64,000 bases of DNA from Mobula hypostoma. Its lineage: Eukaryota. The position numbers and the translations under genes are program-made. This document shows, in pieces, positions 60,578 through 64,000 of this stretch. The notes beneath the pieces are model-generated. The model searched no databases, was not told the origin of the DNA, and saw only the letters and a program-made list of their open reading frames with translations. Where the stretch lies: positions 6,262,001 to 6,326,000 of the forward strand of contig NC_086097.1 of the NCBI RefSeq assembly GCF_963921235.1, read 5' to 3'. Every line of letters starts with the position of its first letter. Within the stretch, counting starts at the first letter, position 1.

Positions 60578-61119
60578 TAATCATGGTATTTCAACAATTT
60601 TGTCTTCCTGATTTACAATTTGATCACAATGTGTTTAAAAATGTCTCTTTGTAATGTGTTCTAAATGTCTAATGCAAAAAATTTACATGCAGTTGCTGAA
60701 ATTCAGTTCTGTTGGTATGCATAAAGCAGACAGAAAGCCTTTGCTCCTCTAATGGACCTATACATTGGGATAACATCAATGGTACTGTGCATTTGTAAGT
60801 TAACAATAGGAAACGGTCTTATATCATTTGCCTTGAAGTGGGCCGATGTGATGTTTCTGGACCCTCATGGGTGGGACTGGGTCCTGGCAGTAAGGGCAGT
60901 AGGTCTAGAATTTGGCCCTGAATCCATGAGTTTCAACTTGTGTATTGGTACGAAGGATATGAACTGGAATAATCTACATACTTCTTGCACTTTCCCCCCT
61001 GTCTTTTACTCAGCTCTTTTTAAAACCGATGTGTGCCACAGTAGTGTAGGAGTTAGTGCAACGTTATTGCAGCTCAGTGCGTCGGAGTTGAAAGTTCAAT
61101 CCCAGCATCCTCTGTAATG

Positions 61120-61350
61120 AAACACACACAAAATGCAGGAGCAACTCAGCATGTTAGGCAGCTTCTATGGAAATATATAGATAGTTGATGTTTCGGGCCA
61201 AGACCCTTCATCATCAGTGCTGATGAAGGGACTTGGCCAGAAATGTTGGCTGTTTATTCATTTCCGTTGATGCTGTCTGACCTGCTGAGTCCTCTAGCAT
61301 CTTGCGTGTGTTGCTCTGGATTTCTAACATCTGTAGACTTTGTCGTTCAT
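61120..61350. mobile_element. Penelope pLTR fold-back inside a V-SINE (61030-61430)
   Basis: GGCCAAGACCCTTCATCA...TGATGAAGGGACTTGGCC symmetry centred at about 61215. Confidence 0.8.
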
Positions 61351-61429
61351 GATTTCATCACCTGTGAAGAGTTTGTACGTCCTTCTCATGGAATGCATGG
61401 GCTTCCTCTGAGTGCTCCAGTTTCCTCAG

Positions 61430-64000
61430 TTTCCACCTTAAATACCCACAGACTTGGCCTCCACTGCAATCCGTGGCAGAGCATTCCACAGATTCACTAA
61501 TAGCTGGCTAAAAAATATTCCCCCTTAAATCTGTTATAAAAGGCTACCCCTCAATTTTGAGGTTGTGCCTTTTAGTTCTGGATATCCTCACCGCAGGGAA
61601 CATCCTCTCCACATCCACTATATCTAGTCCTTTCAACATTCAGTAAGTTTCAATGAGATCCCCCTGCATTCTTTTAAATTTCCAGTGAGTACAGGCCCAA
61701 AGCTGCCAAACACTCATCATATGCTAACCCCTTCATTCCCTGAATCATCCTCGTGAACCTCCTCTGGATTCTGTCCAATGACCACACATTATTTCTGAGA
61801 TATGTGGCCTAGAACTGTTGACAATACTCCAAGAGTGGCCTGACTAGTGTCTTATAAAGGCTCAGCATCATTTCCTTTCTTTTATATTCTATTCCCCTTC
61901 AAATAAATGCCAGCATTGCATTTGTGTTCTTTACCTCAGACTCAACCTGTAATTGAACCTTCTGGGAGTCTTGCACGAGGACTCCTAAGTCTCTCTGCAC
62001 CTCTGATGTTTACACAGAAAACATAGAAACATAGAAACAATTGTTGTGTTGTTTGAACCTTCTCCTCATTTAGATAATAGTCCGCATGATTGTTCCTTTT
62101 ACCAAAATGTATCATCGTACATTTCCCAATTCTGTATTCCATCTGCCACTTTTTTTGCCCATTCTTCCAATTTGTCTAAGTCCTGCTGCAATCGCACTGC
62201 TTCCTCAGCGTTACCTACCCTTCCACCTATCTTCATATCATCCACAAACTTTGCCACAAAGCCATCAATTCCATTATCCACATCAATGACAAACAATGTG
62301 AAAAGTAGTGGTCCCAATACTGACCACTGAGGAACATCACTAGTCACTGATAGCCAACCAGAAAAGGCTCCTTTAATTCCTACTCGCGACCTCCTGTCTG
62401 TCAGCCATTCAGCTATCCATGCTAGTATCTTTCTGGTAATGCCTTAGGATATTACCTTGTTAAGCAGCCTCATGTGTGGCACCTTATCAAATGCCTTCTG
62501 AAGATCCAAGTAAATGACATCCACTGCCTTCCTTTTGTCCAACCTGCCTGTTATAGTACTTCCTCAATAAAACCTAACAGATTTGTCAGATTTGTCCCTT
62601 GAGAGAAACCATGCTGACTTTGACTTATTTTATTGTTAGTCTCCAGGTGCCCAAAACCAAGGAGATGATTGTTGATTTCAGACGGTCTCAGCCTGAGTAC
62701 ACACCCCTCAGCATCAGCGGCTCCACAGTGGAGAGAGTGGAAAACATCAGGTTCCTTGGGGTGCAGATCTCCGACAATCTCACCTGGTCCAGGAACACCA
62801 CTGGGATTGTGAAATGGGCCCAGCACAGATTGCACTTTCCGAGGAAGCTTAAACAAGCATCACTCCCCACTAACATCTTAGCTACCTTCTACAGAGGCGT
62901 GGTTGAGAGTGTGCTGACCTCTTGCATCACAACCTGGTACTCCAGCTGCAGTGCTGTCGACAAAAAAGCCTTGCAGGGGGTGGTTAGGGGAGCAGAGAAG
63001 GTTATTGGGGTCTCCCTACCTTCTGTCCAAGACCTCTTTCAGAGTCGATGCCTCCAGAAGACACGATACATCATTAAAGACCCCTCACACCCTCTCCATG
63101 AACTGTTTGTACTTCTGCCATCAGGCAAACATTACTGGAGCATCAAAACTAAAACCACAAGGCTACTAAACAGCTTCCTCCCACAGGCAGTCAGACTGCT
63201 AAATAGCTGCTCCACCCGACTCTGCTTTGGACACTTTTAACTTGCCCTGGACACTTATAACTGATTTAACTGACATGTGGTTGTTGTGTTTTACTAGTTA
63301 TTGTTATGTTTATTATTTAGTGTGCGTTTGTTACGTTATGCTTGCACTGCCCCTGAGGAACGCTGTCTCATTCTGTCCTGCAGAGCTGATGTATGGTTAG
63401 AATGACAATAAAGTTTTTTGAATCTTTGAATCTTGAAAGCCTCCTTAATCAATAGAATCCAACTACTGAGGTTAGGCTAATTGGCCTATTATATCCTTTC
63501 TATTACCTTCCTTCCTTCTTAAAGAGTGGAGTGACAGTTGCAATCTTCCAGTCCTCCGGGACCATGCCAAAATCAGTGATTCCTGAAAGATCATAACCAA
63601 TGCATCCGTTATCTCTTCAGCAATCTCTCTCAGGACTCTGAGATGTAGTCAATGTGGTTGAGGTGACTTATCCACCTTAAGACATTTCAGTTTGCCTAAC
63701 ACTTTCTCCTATTAAGCCCGTCTACCATTTCTTCCTCCCCCACCAGCATCATTTTCCAGTGGTCCAATAACAAATCTCACCTCACGTTTACTCTTTATAT
63801 AACTGAAAACAAAAGCTTTTGGTATCTTGCTTTATGTTATTGGCTAGTTTGCTCTCATTTCATCTTGTCCCTTCTTATAGCTTTTTGAGTTGTCTTTTGT
63901 TGGATTTTAAAAGCTTCCAAATCATCCAACTTCCCACTCAAATTTGCTACTTACATGTGCTTTCCTTGGTTTTCATGCCGTCCTGAATTCCTTTGTCAGC
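61430..64000 (-). mobile_element. CR1 LINE RT region (runs off the window)
   Basis: DVPQWSVLGP and KFVDD motifs; continues past the Rex1 insert. Confidence 0.85.
62645..63436 (+). mobile_element. Rex1/Babar 3' fragment
   Basis: KTKEMIVDFRR, FYRGVVESVLT and SFLPQAVRLLN motifs; ATGACAATAAA then (TTGAATC)n tail. Confidence 0.88.

Noticed and set aside
60752..61117. 121-aa host ORF
   Set aside because: No recognisable domain, runs into a V-SINE, no splice support.

Overview
Eukaryotic, repeat-saturated vertebrate DNA. The repeat families (CR1 LINEs, V-SINE/HE1-like SINEs, Rex1/Babar, Penelope-like elements, K02A2.6-type Gypsy) suggest a cartilaginous fish, probably a ray; this is an inference. 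I found no intact host protein-coding gene, rRNA, true tRNA gene or CRISPR array. Almost all ORF-track entries are transposon fragments or antisense shadows of them. Three observations stand out. (1) A decayed minus-strand Gypsy LTR retrotransposon (about 25860 to 9480) has its RT/RNaseH/integrase region replaced by an intron-less RBM25 cDNA fragment, fused in frame to the pol reading frame. It was later broken up by nested Gypsy, CR1 and Penelope insertions. (2) A young, 5'-truncated Penelope-like element has an uninterrupted RT + GIY-YIG ORF and a minimal hammerhead ribozyme in its 3' pseudo-LTR. (3) About 15 dispersed copies of that hammerhead-bearing tail occur in the window. Several are 110-130 bp TSD-flanked inserts or fold-back hairpins that begin right at the ribozyme core. 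Element boundaries not anchored by a TSD, LTR or TIR are approximate, and all family calls come from motif recognition, not database searches.
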